DNA of 64,000 nt, from positions 8,742 through 72,741 of the IMG/VR virus record IMGVR_UViG_3300033429_000001, one strand, 5' to 3'. How positions within the stretch are numbered: the stretch's first letter is position 1; the number at the start of each line of letters is the position of its first letter. This stretch comes from a virus. The translations under genes and the position numbers were made by a program. The notes beneath the pieces were generated by a model, which was not told where the DNA came from, did no database searches, and worked only from the letters and a program-made list of their open reading frames with translations. Of the stretch, positions 16,779 through 27,048 are shown piece by piece.

Positions 16779-16805
16779 GACGCCAGCCAATCAATATGAT
16801 AAAGT
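16777..16805 (+). promoter_or_regulatory. Putative promoter for terL
   Basis: TTGACG-17-TAAAGT with TGn extension, just before ATG 16815. Confidence 0.5.
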
Positions 16806-16814
16806 ATCATTAGC

Positions 16815-18362
16815 ATGCAAATACCGACGAAGAGCGAATTGATAGAGTTGCAGCCGTATCTGACGAAATCGCAACTGGAAGAAATAGACAAACTGGCGAA
16901 TGAGATCGAGATACCGCTTTGGTATCCCAATCCTGACCACGAAGACGGCTCCCCGAATCCTCAGCGATTGGCCTATGAGAGCGAGGCTGACATCTTGGGG
17001 TATGGCGGTTCGGCGGGATCGGGCAAAACGGACCTACTCCTCGGCGTCGCTGCCACCCAGCAAACCAACTCCGTAATCTTCCGCCGCGTCTTTCCCAATC
17101 ATCGAGGAAACATTGAGCGCAGCCGAGAGATATTTAACCCCACCGGTGTCCCTCATGGCAAAAACAGCTTCAATGAACAGTTTCACCGTTGGAAATTAGC
17201 AAGCGGTAAACAAGTAGAATTCGAAGCCTGCCAACACGAAAAGGACAAAAACAACCAACGCGGACGCCCCCGAGATTTCTATGGCTTTGATGAGGCCACC
17301 GAATTCACCCGCTCTCAATTTGATTTTATCATCGGCTGGAATCGCTCGACAGACCCCAACCAACGATGTCGAATCATTCTTACTTTTAATCCCCCCACCG
17401 ACGAGGTCGGCTCCTGGGTGGTGGATTTCTTTTTACCCTGGATTTCCTACCTTTTCCCCAAAGACTTTGAGCATCCCCGCCCGGCCAGGCCGGGGGAGTT
17501 GCGATGGTATGCCACCGTCGAGGGACAAGAGACCGAATGCACAGACGGAACCCCATTTGAGCGTGATGGGCTTCTCGTCAAGCCCCTTAGCCGGACTTTC
17601 ATCCCAGGCAAACTCAAAGACAATCCACATTTGATAAATACCAATTATGAGGCTATCCTTCAGTCACTGCCCGAGCCGCTACGTAGCCAGGTGCTACACG
17701 GCGATTTTGCGGCAGCCAAAGAGCGCGACCCCTGGCAGGTGATTCCCGTCGAATGGGTCAAGCTGGCTCAAAAGCGGTGGCTGGAAATGGAGAGGCCGGC
17801 GGTGCCTATTTCCGGTACGGGGGTTGATGTGGCCCGAGGAGGCCAGGACAAGACAACAAAATGCGATAGGTACGACAATTATTTTGATGAGGTCAAGGTA
17901 TGGCCTGGGGTGGCCACCCCAGACGGTCCGACGGTGGCCGCGTTGGTCGAGGGCGAATTGGAGGGCGAACCTGCCTACATCAACATTGATGTAATCGGCG
18001 TTGGGTCGTCTGCCTATGACAGCTTGAAGCCAATGTATAAGCGGGTCAACCCGATCAATGCCGGGGAGAGGTCAGACTACCGGGACCGCTCTGGCAAATA
18101 CAAAATGAGGAATGTTCGGGCGGAATATTACTGGCGGATGCGGGAGGCGTTGGACCCGGATCACGGGGAAGACCCGGCGCTGCCACCGGGTAACGAGGTG
18201 GTAGCAGATTTGTGTTCGGCTCGGTATAAGGTGACGACAGCGGGGATACAGATTGAGAGCAAGGAGGAGATTAAGGAGCGGATAGGCCGGAGTCCTGATG
18301 TTGGGGAGGCTATTTTGCTGGCGAATTATCCGGGGGAGCCGCAGGGGATATTCTTTGGATAA
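16815..18362 (+). CDS. terL: Terminase large subunit
   Basis: YGGSAGSGKT Walker A, FDEATEF Walker B, TFNPP, GVDVARGGQD nuclease motif, IGRSPDVGEA. Confidence 0.95.
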   Translation: MQIPTKSELIELQPYLTKSQLEEIDKLANEIEIPLWYPNPDHEDGSPNPQRLAYESEADILGYGGSAGSGKTDLLLGVAATQQTNSVIFRRVFPNHRGNIERSREIFNPTGVPHGKNSFNEQFHRWKLASGKQVEFEACQHEKDKNNQRGRPRDFYGFDEATEFTRSQFDFIIGWNRSTDPNQRCRIILTFNPPTDEVGSWVVDFFLPWISYLFPKDFEHPRPARPGELRWYATVEGQETECTDGTPFERDGLLVKPLSRTFIPGKLKDNPHLINTNYEAILQSLPEPLRSQVLHGDFAAAKERDPWQVIPVEWVKLAQKRWLEMERPAVPISGTGVDVARGGQDKTTKCDRYDNYFDEVKVWPGVATPDGPTVAALVEGELEGEPAYINIDVIGVGSSAYDSLKPMYKRVNPINAGERSDYRDRSGKYKMRNVRAEYYWRMREALDPDHGEDPALPPGNEVVADLCSARYKVTTAGIQIESKEEIKERIGRSPDVGEAILLANYPGEPQGIFFG

Positions 18363-18473
18363 TTAGAGATTTGGTAAATTTAACAAAATAGCGACCAGAA
18401 TCAAAAAGATTGCTTTTTCACTTGGCGTTCCATCTGGGGTCATTGTAATGTTTGATAACTGCAAGAAACATTT

Positions 18474-18947
18474 TTACCTTCTTTCTGGTAGGCTATTTAG
18501 AAGCCAAAGGACATACTCAGGCTTATCTTTCTTCCTATAAATTAAGCCCTTCTTTTCCAATTCCAGGCAGCCAGAGTGTATAATTTTGTTGTTTTCATCA
18601 CCATTGGGATAGGTATAGATGCCGGGGCCAAGATAGGGAATTGTTTCACCGCTTATGAATTTATATAATTTCGCCAAGTCTTCCTCAATGGGAGTTGGCC
18701 ATACAAGGCGACCCGTTTCATCAACTATTTTCAGTAGGTCAATTCGCCTGGTGGTATCGTCTTTTGGTCGATTACAAGGCAATTCTTTGTCTTCGTCATC
18801 CCATAAGACTAAAGACCGGTTGCAATCACATGCATATTTACCCTCAAGCCATTGGAATCTTATATGCTCATCGGAGTAATTATGGGGTTGGGTATATTCT
18901 TTTTGGTCGCCTGTAACTCGGTCTCTTAGTGTTACTGTGTATTTCAT
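18474..18947 (-). CDS. Hypothetical phage protein (WLEGKYACDCNR motif)
   Basis: GAGGAG RBS; ATGA overlap in a leftward island. Confidence 0.65.
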   Translation of the reverse strand: MKYTVTLRDRVTGDQKEYTQPHNYSDEHIRFQWLEGKYACDCNRSLVLWDDEDKELPCNRPKDDTTRRIDLLKIVDETGRLVWPTPIEEDLAKLYKFISGETIPYLGPGIYTYPNGDENNKIIHSGCLELEKKGLIYRKKDKPEYVLWLLNSLPERR

Positions 18948-19126
18948 CTAAGCTCCTCAACAATCTCCCATTGTGGCCCGCACTCATTGCACGCAGGCCG
19001 AAGTGGTACTGATGAATCAATTTGTAGATCATCATCAAGCCTGGCCTCTCCGGTCGTTTCTTTACCGCAATTAAAGCACTGCTTAATACTGGTTAGTCTG
19101 GCGATTTCGTTGTCTTTATTTGACAT
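18944..19126 (-). CDS. Small zinc-finger protein
   Basis: CFNC...CNEC; GAGGAG RBS. Confidence 0.6.
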   Translation of the reverse strand: MSNKDNEIARLTSIKQCFNCGKETTGEARLDDDLQIDSSVPLRPACNECGPQWEIVEELR

Positions 19127-19389
19127 AGGTTACTCCTCTGGTTTTTCTGAACACCAACTTCCCACAAACCGGACACCTGACCGCTTGATTGCGAGCCACT
19201 TTTTTGACAGAATGGCCGAAGATTAGGCAGAATAGTTTTAGCATTTTATTTGTTTCCAAACATCGGAGCCACAAATGTATCCAACAGTCCATCCTATCAT
19301 AAAATTCCAAGTTGGCAGCGTGCCATAATAATAAAGTACAATCAAACAAGCTATTATCCAGACCAACAATGTGACGAATATTTTTAGCA

Positions 19390-19677
19390 TTATTCTCCCC
19401 TATCCTTGAGACTAATTTGTTCAAAGGCTTCTGAGAAGTCTGGCATTCTTGGCGGCGTGATTATGCTTGTAACAGTATCATAGGGCCATCCCAGCCCAGC
19501 CAATTCAAATTTTCTGCACACTTCCAAGATTTCATTATGGGTATCAACTGTAATGTTGAGGCGTTGGCATTCCGTTTGTTGCCATAACTCAAACCTATTG
19601 AGAAGGGCTTCGGCGGACTGGCTGATACGAGCAAAGTCTGGCGTAAACTCAATTAACCGATCTTTGAGGTTTTTCAT
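19390..19677 (-). CDS. Hypothetical protein
   Basis: Directly follows 19680-19856 in the same leftward island. Confidence 0.5.
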   Translation of the reverse strand: MKNLKDRLIEFTPDFARISQSAEALLNRFELWQQTECQRLNITVDTHNEILEVCRKFELAGLGWPYDTVTSIITPPRMPDFSEAFEQISLKDRGE

Positions 19678-19679
19678 AT

Positions 19680-19856
19680 TTATACCACGCCAAAGAATCG
19701 CAAGAGCATAATTACGATCCAGATAACAAAACCGACCAAGCCTAGGCCGATAACCAAGCTACCGAAGATAAGGGCGCTGATTGTCCTTTTTGTACGTGCG
19801 AAATCACGATCAAATTCTTTGCTCTGCTTCTTAAATCGTTTGTCAAAGTCATTCAT
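19680..19856 (-). CDS. Small single-TM protein
   Basis: GGAG RBS; charged N-terminus and C-terminal TM. Confidence 0.6.
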   Translation of the reverse strand: MNDFDKRFKKQSKEFDRDFARTKRTISALIFGSLVIGLGLVGFVIWIVIMLLRFFGVV

Positions 19857-20270
19857 AGTTGGTTTCTCCCTTGATAGTCTCTGCGTCTGGCCAAACCTCA
19901 CGTCTGTACATGGTTAACTCCTCAATTTAATTTTAATCCTTAATCCTTATCCCCCGCCGCTTTGCTTCCTCTACTACCAAGCGGTGGAGCAACGCAACGA
20001 TGGACTCGTCAAGACGCGCTGACAGTATCTTGGCAAAGCGGCGGGTGGAAGCCCAGATTTTAATGGTCTTGAATTGGTTTGTATCTTGTGCCATCTGTAT
20101 GAAATCCCAGTATCATCGTTATATTTCTGAAACTCATCTTCGGTTTTTCTCTATACTAAATCCCTAAGAAAATTTAGATGTTGTAATTTTACTACATCTC
20201 CCCCAAATCAGCAAATATCCCCCAGTTTTTCCTTTTGACTTGCCGGGGTAAACGTGATAAAATATAGTGA

Positions 20271-20477
20271 ATGAAGTCAGCGAAGGATGCCCGAAGGCAG
20301 CAAATAGCCCATCAACTTAGCCGTCAGCTATGTTCAATGAGTTACCTGATTGCCGAGATCAAGCTAGGATACAAGCCCAATGAGTGCGGCGTTTTTGCCC
20401 GCGCCAAAGATGGCGCATGGGTCAACCTGGCTAATGAAAAAGAGGTTGGGATAGATGAAGAAAATAAACAGGCGTGA
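20271..20477 (+). CDS. Hypothetical protein
   Basis: Follows the TTGACT...GATAAAAT promoter-like sequence at ~20235-20263. Confidence 0.4.
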   Translation: MKSAKDARRQQIAHQLSRQLCSMSYLIAEIKLGYKPNECGVFARAKDGAWVNLANEKEVGIDEENKQA

Positions 20478-20837
20478 TTTTTTTGGGTTACTTGGTAAGG
20501 GAGCCGCTGCTGCTATTGGTGCTACAGTTTGCCTGTACACTAGGCTAACAAGTTCGACTCCTGTATCAGGGGTAAGTGGAACTGATAAAGTTGCAGGTTG
20601 TTTCAAGGGAGAGTTTACCCCCTGGGCGACTATCTGCTACCCCATCACATCGCGGAAACAATGAAAGAAATGGCAACAGAAGAGGACGAAAAATACTGTA
20701 GAGGGGTAAGCCCTCTTAGTTGATTAGTGTTCCGGTTGATGGATGCCTTGTATTAAGTCAATGAGGCATCAACATCTTTTTCTCCTGTTAGGGGGTTGGT
20801 GCTGACGACACCAACCCCCAACGGAGGTCTTTATAAC

Positions 20838-20910
20838 CAAATAACCCGGCCCCCAGGTCAATCGACCCAACAGCCAGTCAGTGCTTAACAGCACGGCTGG
20901 CTTTTTTTAT
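20838..20910 (+). promoter_or_regulatory. Conserved late-gene leader motif with terminator-like hairpin, copy 1
   Basis: Matches 43623-43697 with compensatory stem changes; lies just before the portal gene. Confidence 0.75.
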
Positions 20911-20922
20911 TTAGGGAACTGG

Positions 20923-23130
20923 ATGACACAGAAACCAAGCACACTACAACGAGCCAAAATAGCATACGAAGTCTTCAGGAACGGATTTCCAAGAACGGCA
21001 ATTCAGTCCAATCAGCAACAAAAGCAGGCCCCGTTTATGTGGCCCGCCTACCGGGAAGGTCAGCCGGTCTGGAAAATAGTTGACATTGAATCCTATATCA
21101 ATGAGGGATTCAATCTCAACACCTTGATCTATTCGGCGGTGATGTACAAGGCTCGAGCCTCGGCCACGGCCCCCCTCAAGGCGTTTCGGGGGACACCAGA
21201 GCGGTCAATCCCTCTTGAACCCGAACACCCCCTGTCCCAATTGGTAGCCCGACCAAATTTGCATCAGAGTTGGGTAGAATTCCAGATGCAAAATATCGTT
21301 TATGAGAACATTGCAGGGAATGTCTTCATCTTTCTTGACCGGCCCAAGGGTGGCGGGCTACCCGAAGCAATGTACAGCCTGAGACCTGATCGGGTATTTG
21401 TCATTCCTGGTCGAACTAACGGGCAGACCGGCATCAAGGGCTACGCCTACTTTCCAGAAGGCGTGAGCCATGCCGGTGCCAACCGGGACGCAGTGGGAAT
21501 CTTGCCGGAAGATATGATACACATCAAGCTGCCAAACCCGGGCGACCCCATGGAGGGAATGGGAGAGGGTCTTTCGCCTCTCTCGCCCGTTGCCAGAAGT
21601 GCCGATGTAGACAATTCGATTACAAAGTTCCTGAAAATGTTTTTTGATACCGGGGCGATGGTAACAGGAGCTTTATCGTTTGATGTTCCCATTGATGACG
21701 AAATCCTGGCCAGGGTAAAAGAACGCTGGCGCGAAATATATGGCGGATTTGAAAACTGGGATATTGGAGTATTTGACCGAGGGGCTACCTACCAGCGAGT
21801 TGGCCTCACCTTCGAGGAGATGGGATTCGAAGGCCAGGACGAACGAAACGAAACCAGAATCCTGGGGCCGTTTGGGGTTCCGCCCATTTTGATTGGTTCG
21901 CGCATTGGTCTGATGCGCTCGACTTATGCGAATTATAAAGAGGCCAGGACAGCATTCTGGGAAGATACCTTTGTTCCTGAAATGTCGCTATTTGAAGTTG
22001 ACTTTCAATATTTCTTGCAGACCCCAGACGGGGGCTTTGTAAAATTCGATTATAAGAACGTCCCCGCTCTACAGCAAGACATCCCGGCCATCGTAACGGC
22101 CTGGGGAGAATTGGTTGACCGGGGAATTTCCAGAGAGGACGCGGCGACGACGGTAGGTTTATCCTTACAAAAAGCCGCACCGCTGGAGATGGAAGAGCCA
22201 GAACTTATTGAGACTGAGCCGGAGCCAGATGCCAACGTTGGGGCAATAGAGGCCGAGACGGATGAGCGCAGAGAAAGTGACACTGATAAACAACTAAAAT
22301 TACTCACAGAAGAAAAGCAACGTCTGGCCAAGCAGGTTGATGACACTGCCGTTGAGTTTGAACCGCAATATGAGAAAGTAACAGAGCAGGCGTTTGAAAA
22401 TGACCGGCGTGAGATTTTGGCCATTGTCAATGAAGCCAAAAAGAAATCGTTGGCCCGGAAAGCAACGCCTGACTGGGATGCGGCAATGGTGGCAATTAAC
22501 GCCTACCTTGCTGACTCAGAAAACTGGCAGATAGAATTTACGCCAGTAACAGAGGCCGTCTTTGTGGCTCAGGCCGAGATGTGGCAGGCTATTATTGAAC
22601 CGCCCGGTGTTGACCTGACCCCGGAATATTTCAATAATCAATTCAGCCAGGAATGGTTTGACGAGTACAAACTTGTTTTTGCTCAACCCATCAACGATAC
22701 GACGAGCAAAGAAATTAGCCAAGTGCTGGCCCAAGCCCAGGCTGAGGGGTGGTCAGTTGATAAGGCAGAAAATAGACTCGGCCAATTATTTGACCAGTGG
22801 ATTGACGGGGACTTGACAGCGGAGGACTTCGAATGGCTTGACGCCCGGACGCCTCCATACCGTCGAGAGATGATTGTCAGGACTGAATCTATTCGGGCGG
22901 CGAACGCCTCGTCTGATAAGCTCTTTAATGACTGGGGTGTCGAGAAAAAAGAATGGCTGACCGCCAGGGATGAGCGGGTCAGAGATGCCCACAAACGGGC
23001 TGACGGCCAGGTGGTGGCGGCTGACGAATCATTCAGGGTTGGTGGAGAAGCGTTAAGATTTCCGGGTGATCCAAGAGGAGCGCCAGAGAATACAATCAAT
23101 TGTCGATGCGTGGCATTGCCGGTGGTGTGA
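20923..23130 (+). CDS. Portal protein fused to MuF/SPP1 gp7-like head morphogenesis domain
   Basis: HK97-type portal motifs (LRPDRV, IHIKLPNP, GLSPL, FGVPPILIG, STYANY) then KKEWLTARDERVRDAH...FPGDP...INCRC. Confidence 0.92.
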   Translation: MTQKPSTLQRAKIAYEVFRNGFPRTAIQSNQQQKQAPFMWPAYREGQPVWKIVDIESYINEGFNLNTLIYSAVMYKARASATAPLKAFRGTPERSIPLEPEHPLSQLVARPNLHQSWVEFQMQNIVYENIAGNVFIFLDRPKGGGLPEAMYSLRPDRVFVIPGRTNGQTGIKGYAYFPEGVSHAGANRDAVGILPEDMIHIKLPNPGDPMEGMGEGLSPLSPVARSADVDNSITKFLKMFFDTGAMVTGALSFDVPIDDEILARVKERWREIYGGFENWDIGVFDRGATYQRVGLTFEEMGFEGQDERNETRILGPFGVPPILIGSRIGLMRSTYANYKEARTAFWEDTFVPEMSLFEVDFQYFLQTPDGGFVKFDYKNVPALQQDIPAIVTAWGELVDRGISREDAATTVGLSLQKAAPLEMEEPELIETEPEPDANVGAIEAETDERRESDTDKQLKLLTEEKQRLAKQVDDTAVEFEPQYEKVTEQAFENDRREILAIVNEAKKKSLARKATPDWDAAMVAINAYLADSENWQIEFTPVTEAVFVAQAEMWQAIIEPPGVDLTPEYFNNQFSQEWFDEYKLVFAQPINDTTSKEISQVLAQAQAEGWSVDKAENRLGQLFDQWIDGDLTAEDFEWLDARTPPYRREMIVRTESIRAANASSDKLFNDWGVEKKEWLTARDERVRDAHKRADGQVVAADESFRVGGEALRFPGDPRGAPENTINCRCVALPVV

Positions 23131-23137
23131 AAAAATT

Positions 23138-23509
23138 ATGTCAATGATAGATGAGTTGCTAGAAATCAAAAATCAGATTGATGCGTCAAAACCAAAAGAT
23201 TATGTTGATATAATTTTAAGTACCAGATGCCCCATTAAAAATAATGACGGCGTCATGGTCAAGTGTGAAGGCAAAATGTATTTAATTTTGCCTTGGGTGA
23301 TTATAGAAAAGATAAAATTACAATGCCCGCTAATTAGCTATATAGCACCATCCGTGTACGGTATTCCAGTCGTGGAAAACGAAAAGTTAGTAAAAGACCT
23401 GCTTTCTCATATCCATCTTGAACCAGACAATGATTTTGAATTATCTGAGGAGGCTTTCGAGTGGGTTTTTAGGGTTAGTCTTGGTCAAATCCTTACACTT
23501 AGGCGTTAG
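23138..23509 (+). CDS. Hypothetical protein (AT-rich insert)
   Basis: ORF between portal and protease genes. Confidence 0.45.
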   Translation: MSMIDELLEIKNQIDASKPKDYVDIILSTRCPIKNNDGVMVKCEGKMYLILPWVIIEKIKLQCPLISYIAPSVYGIPVVENEKLVKDLLSHIHLEPDNDFELSEEAFEWVFRVSLGQILTLRR

Positions 23510-23683
23510 TAAAAATGGCCAAAGATAATCGACTTGACTATAAACTTTCTGATCTGCAAACGCAGGTCAATAGCATAAACGAAAGACTTTACCAAATTGA
23601 AAGACGTTTGGACGCTCTTGAAGTCAGGCAGTCGGTGAGCGTACCGTGGAGCGAGCAGAAGGCTGCCCAAGAGGAGGTCAATC

Positions 23684-25138
23684 ATGGAAAGAAAGTCTAT
23701 CCCGTTTGTAGCGACTAAGATCGATGAGGAACAGGGTATTGTTGAGCATATCGTGGCCGTTATGGGCAATGTGGATTTGGGGAAAGATGTCATCCACCCC
23801 GGCGCATTTACGAAGACCATTAGCGAGCGCGGGCTACAAGTGCGCGTTCTTGACCAACACCAGGCCGATTCGGTCATGCGTGCCCTGGGTAAACCCATAG
23901 AATTACGGGAAATTAGCCGAGAAGAATTACCTCAAAAACTTCTCGCAGAATGCCCAGAGGCAACAGGGGCATTATTGGCCAAGACCCAATTTTTGATGGA
24001 CACCCCAGAAGGAGAGGGGGCGTTTAAGCGGTTAAAACAGGGAGCAATCGGCGAATGGTCATTTGGCTACGATGTGATTCAGAGCGACTTCAGCAAAAAA
24101 AAGGATGGTGATAAAGCCATCACCGTGAGAAACTTGAGGGAACTCAAGCTTTATGAGTATTCCCCGGTTTTATTTGGAATGAATCCAGCTACGACAACAC
24201 TTGACGCCAAGGCCAAAGCTGTCAGTGGCAAAACAAGCCTCGGTATTGCCCCCCGTGACCGCGAATGGGATGCCGCTGCTGCTGACCGCCGGGTTCGTGA
24301 ATGGGCTGGCGCCGAAGATGAGCCAAACGCTAAATACCGTCAAGCCTTTTTCTACTACGACGAGGAAGCCCCCGAGAATTTCGGGTCATACAAGTTGGGC
24401 TTTGCTGATGTCGTTGACGGAGAACTGCAAGCCGTACCACGCGGCATCTTTGCGGTGGCCGGCGGGCGCGGTGTTGATGCCGCTGACATCCCAGAGGATG
24501 ACAAGGAGGCCATCAAGACCAAAGTCAATCACTACTATGAGCGGATGAGCGACGAGTTTGGCGATGACAGTCTGGTATCGCCATTCGAGAAATCAGACAA
24601 TGGGACAGCCGAGCAAAAGGACATGTTTAAGCCATTGGGCAGCAGCTTGCAGGGGGCCGTTTATAATGCGGCGGCCAACAAGCTTGGTTATTGGCTGGCT
24701 TGTGGCCAGATTGACGTTAGTGAGTTGGCAGCACTAACTACAAATATCAATAACGCCGTTATCGCTTTGACGGCTGGATTGCCTGAAGACCTAGTTATGC
24801 GTGAGACGGAAGGCTATGGCTACTATGGATATATGAGTGCCGACCTGGAAGCCGATGTCAAAGCGGGCCGCACTATTTCAAAGCGAAACGAGGGCAGACT
24901 CCGGTCTGCCCTAACTGAGTTGATGAGCATCTTTAGCGAGGCCGGAATCGTCCTGGATGAACCAGAACCATTAGAGGACGCAAGCTCTCACCTTGTTGAT
25001 GATGAAGAAGAGCAACACCCAAAACCAAAAAATGCACCTGACAAACAGGCCGCTACTGAGGCCGGGCCGGACGTTGTACCACCCACCTTCAACCTAATTG
25101 AGGAGCATGAATTATTCAAACTGCAAATGGAGGTATAA
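23684..25138 (+). CDS. HK97-family prohead protease with additional C-terminal domains
   Basis: DLGKDVIHPGAF, LDQH, WSFGY, LYEYSPVLFGMNP; GGAGG RBS. Confidence 0.9.
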   Translation: MERKSIPFVATKIDEEQGIVEHIVAVMGNVDLGKDVIHPGAFTKTISERGLQVRVLDQHQADSVMRALGKPIELREISREELPQKLLAECPEATGALLAKTQFLMDTPEGEGAFKRLKQGAIGEWSFGYDVIQSDFSKKKDGDKAITVRNLRELKLYEYSPVLFGMNPATTTLDAKAKAVSGKTSLGIAPRDREWDAAAADRRVREWAGAEDEPNAKYRQAFFYYDEEAPENFGSYKLGFADVVDGELQAVPRGIFAVAGGRGVDAADIPEDDKEAIKTKVNHYYERMSDEFGDDSLVSPFEKSDNGTAEQKDMFKPLGSSLQGAVYNAAANKLGYWLACGQIDVSELAALTTNINNAVIALTAGLPEDLVMRETEGYGYYGYMSADLEADVKAGRTISKRNEGRLRSALTELMSIFSEAGIVLDEPEPLEDASSHLVDDEEEQHPKPKNAPDKQAATEAGPDVVPPTFNLIEEHELFKLQMEV

Positions 25139-25142
25139 CAAA

Positions 25143-26459
25143 ATGAAATGGCAAGAAAAACTGGCTGAGGCAAATACTCTCTTCGAGAAGATTAAGAAAA
25201 TCGAAACCGAAGGGTCTGACGAGGAGAAGGCTAACCTGGCAGAAATGGTAGAAGCGTATCAGGAGTTGAAGGCCGAGGCTCTTGATATGAAGGGGCTGGA
25301 AGAAGTAAAGGAAAGACGAAAAGCCGAAATCAAGGCCGAAGCTGCTGAACTGGCTTCTCTTGATCGTGAGGCCAAAGCCCGCGAAATGGGCGCCCAGGAT
25401 CAGGAAGAGGACAAGTTGCCCGAGTTCAAGACCTGGGGTGAATACTTGCAGGCGGTTCATTATATGAGCCACAACCGACAGTTTGACCCCCGTCTTGCAC
25501 GGTTCGACGATCAGGCCGTAAAAGGGGAGAAGCAAATGGTAGAGGGCGTAGGTGCCTCTGGTGGCTTCCTGGTTCCCGCTGAGTTTCTGGCCCAGATGAA
25601 GGCCGTTATGCAAGAGCAGGCAATGGTACGGCCCCGGGCCACCATTATCCCGATGCGCCGGCGCGAGTTGCAAATTCCGGTGCTTGACCAAACCGGGACC
25701 ACCGCCGGCATCCCTCATTGGTTCGGGGGCATGCAATTCTATTGGGAGGAGGAGGCTGCTGAGAAGACCTTAACAGAAGCCTCTTTTCGCCAGATCAAGT
25801 TAGTGGCTCACAAATTGATTGGCTACACTCGCGCGTCTGATGAGTTGCTTGATGATAGTGCTATCAGCCTGGAGGCATTCCTGGCCGGCCCGATGGGCAT
25901 GGGCGGTGGTATTTCCTGGATGGAGGATTATGCCTTTATCAACGGTACCGGCGCAGGTCAACCGTTAGGCGTCATCACTGCTGGGGCAACCATCACTGTG
26001 GCACGGGCCGCGACCGGTGCGATTGGGTATCCTGACCTGGCGAACATGCTTGAGAATTTCCTGCCTTCGGGGCGGGGCGTTTGGTTCATCACCCAAAGCG
26101 CAATGGCCGATTTGGTTCAGCTTAATGGGCCGGCGGGCAATCCGTCCTATATCTGGGGTGACGCGGTACAGGGTGTGCCTGGAACCCTGCTTGGTTATCC
26201 TGTAGTCTGGACTGAGAAAGTCCCCCGAATCGGCACGGCTGGTGATGTTGTCTTGGCCGACTGGAACTACTACCTGGTTGGAGACCGGCAGGCAACGACC
26301 GTCGAGAGTACCAAGTTTGACTACTGGCGGTATGACCAGACTAGCTGGCGGGCGGTGCATCGAGGGGACGGGCAGCCTTGGCTGAGTGCGCCACTGACGT
26401 ATCAAGACGGCACAACTCAAACAAGCCCCTTTGTCATATTAGGTGACAAGGATACCTAA
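25143..26459 (+). CDS. Major capsid protein, HK97 fold
   Basis: Delta-domain coiled coil, GGFLVP, LVAHKL, FINGTGAGQPLG, LLGYPV; GGAGG RBS. Confidence 0.95.
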   Translation: MKWQEKLAEANTLFEKIKKIETEGSDEEKANLAEMVEAYQELKAEALDMKGLEEVKERRKAEIKAEAAELASLDREAKAREMGAQDQEEDKLPEFKTWGEYLQAVHYMSHNRQFDPRLARFDDQAVKGEKQMVEGVGASGGFLVPAEFLAQMKAVMQEQAMVRPRATIIPMRRRELQIPVLDQTGTTAGIPHWFGGMQFYWEEEAAEKTLTEASFRQIKLVAHKLIGYTRASDELLDDSAISLEAFLAGPMGMGGGISWMEDYAFINGTGAGQPLGVITAGATITVARAATGAIGYPDLANMLENFLPSGRGVWFITQSAMADLVQLNGPAGNPSYIWGDAVQGVPGTLLGYPVVWTEKVPRIGTAGDVVLADWNYYLVGDRQATTVESTKFDYWRYDQTSWRAVHRGDGQPWLSAPLTYQDGTTQTSPFVILGDKDT

Positions 26460-26524
26460 ACCGTTCTTGTGGTTTAACGGAAACTACGATTAAAATTTAG
26501 TCAAAGTCCATAGGAGGTAAACAA

Positions 26525-26971
26525 ATGGCAAATTATACGGAACGTTTCAGCGAGGGGCACTATCCCCTTGTATCCTACAACGCCGACAGCCAGGCCATCG
26601 CAACCGTCAATAGTGCCTGGGTCTCTCTGGCGACTTACCACCGAGCCGTGCTGATACTTAACGTTGGTGACATGGCCCAGGGCGCGACTCTTGACCTGTC
26701 TATCCGGCAAGCGTCGGACGGCACCGGCACCGGCACCAAAGCAATTACCGGCAAAGCCATCACCCAGCTGACTCAGGCTGGCGCAGACGGCAATCAGATG
26801 CTTGTAATTGAGTTGCAAGCCGAAGAACTTGATGTTGATGGCAACTTTGAAAATATCGGCATCAGGCACATCGTGGCAGGTGGAGCGGTGGAGATGGCCT
26901 GGACTCTGTTCGGCATCCAGCCTCGTTTTGCTCCAACCCCGACTACTAATTGGGCCGAAATCGTTGGTTAA
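26525..26971 (+). CDS. Capsid-associated/decoration protein
   Basis: AGGAGG RBS; directly after MCP; beta-rich virion-type composition. Confidence 0.65.
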   Translation: MANYTERFSEGHYPLVSYNADSQAIATVNSAWVSLATYHRAVLILNVGDMAQGATLDLSIRQASDGTGTGTKAITGKAITQLTQAGADGNQMLVIELQAEELDVDGNFENIGIRHIVAGGAVEMAWTLFGIQPRFAPTPTTNWAEIVG

Positions 26972-27001
26972 TTTCTCTACCCGGAGATTTAGTTTTAGTA
27001 T

Positions 27002-27035
27002 GCGGGGAGGCGATTTCCGCGCCTCCCCGCTTTTT
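27002..27035 (+). terminator. Rho-independent terminator
   Basis: GCGGGGAGGCG/CGCCTCCCCGC followed by TTTTT. Confidence 0.85.
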
Positions 27036-27048
27036 GAAAGTCATCAAC

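Noticed and set aside
19953-20045. tRNA gene
   Set aside because: The closing stem is too long and there is no T-loop or D-loop consensus; kept only as an ncRNA candidate.
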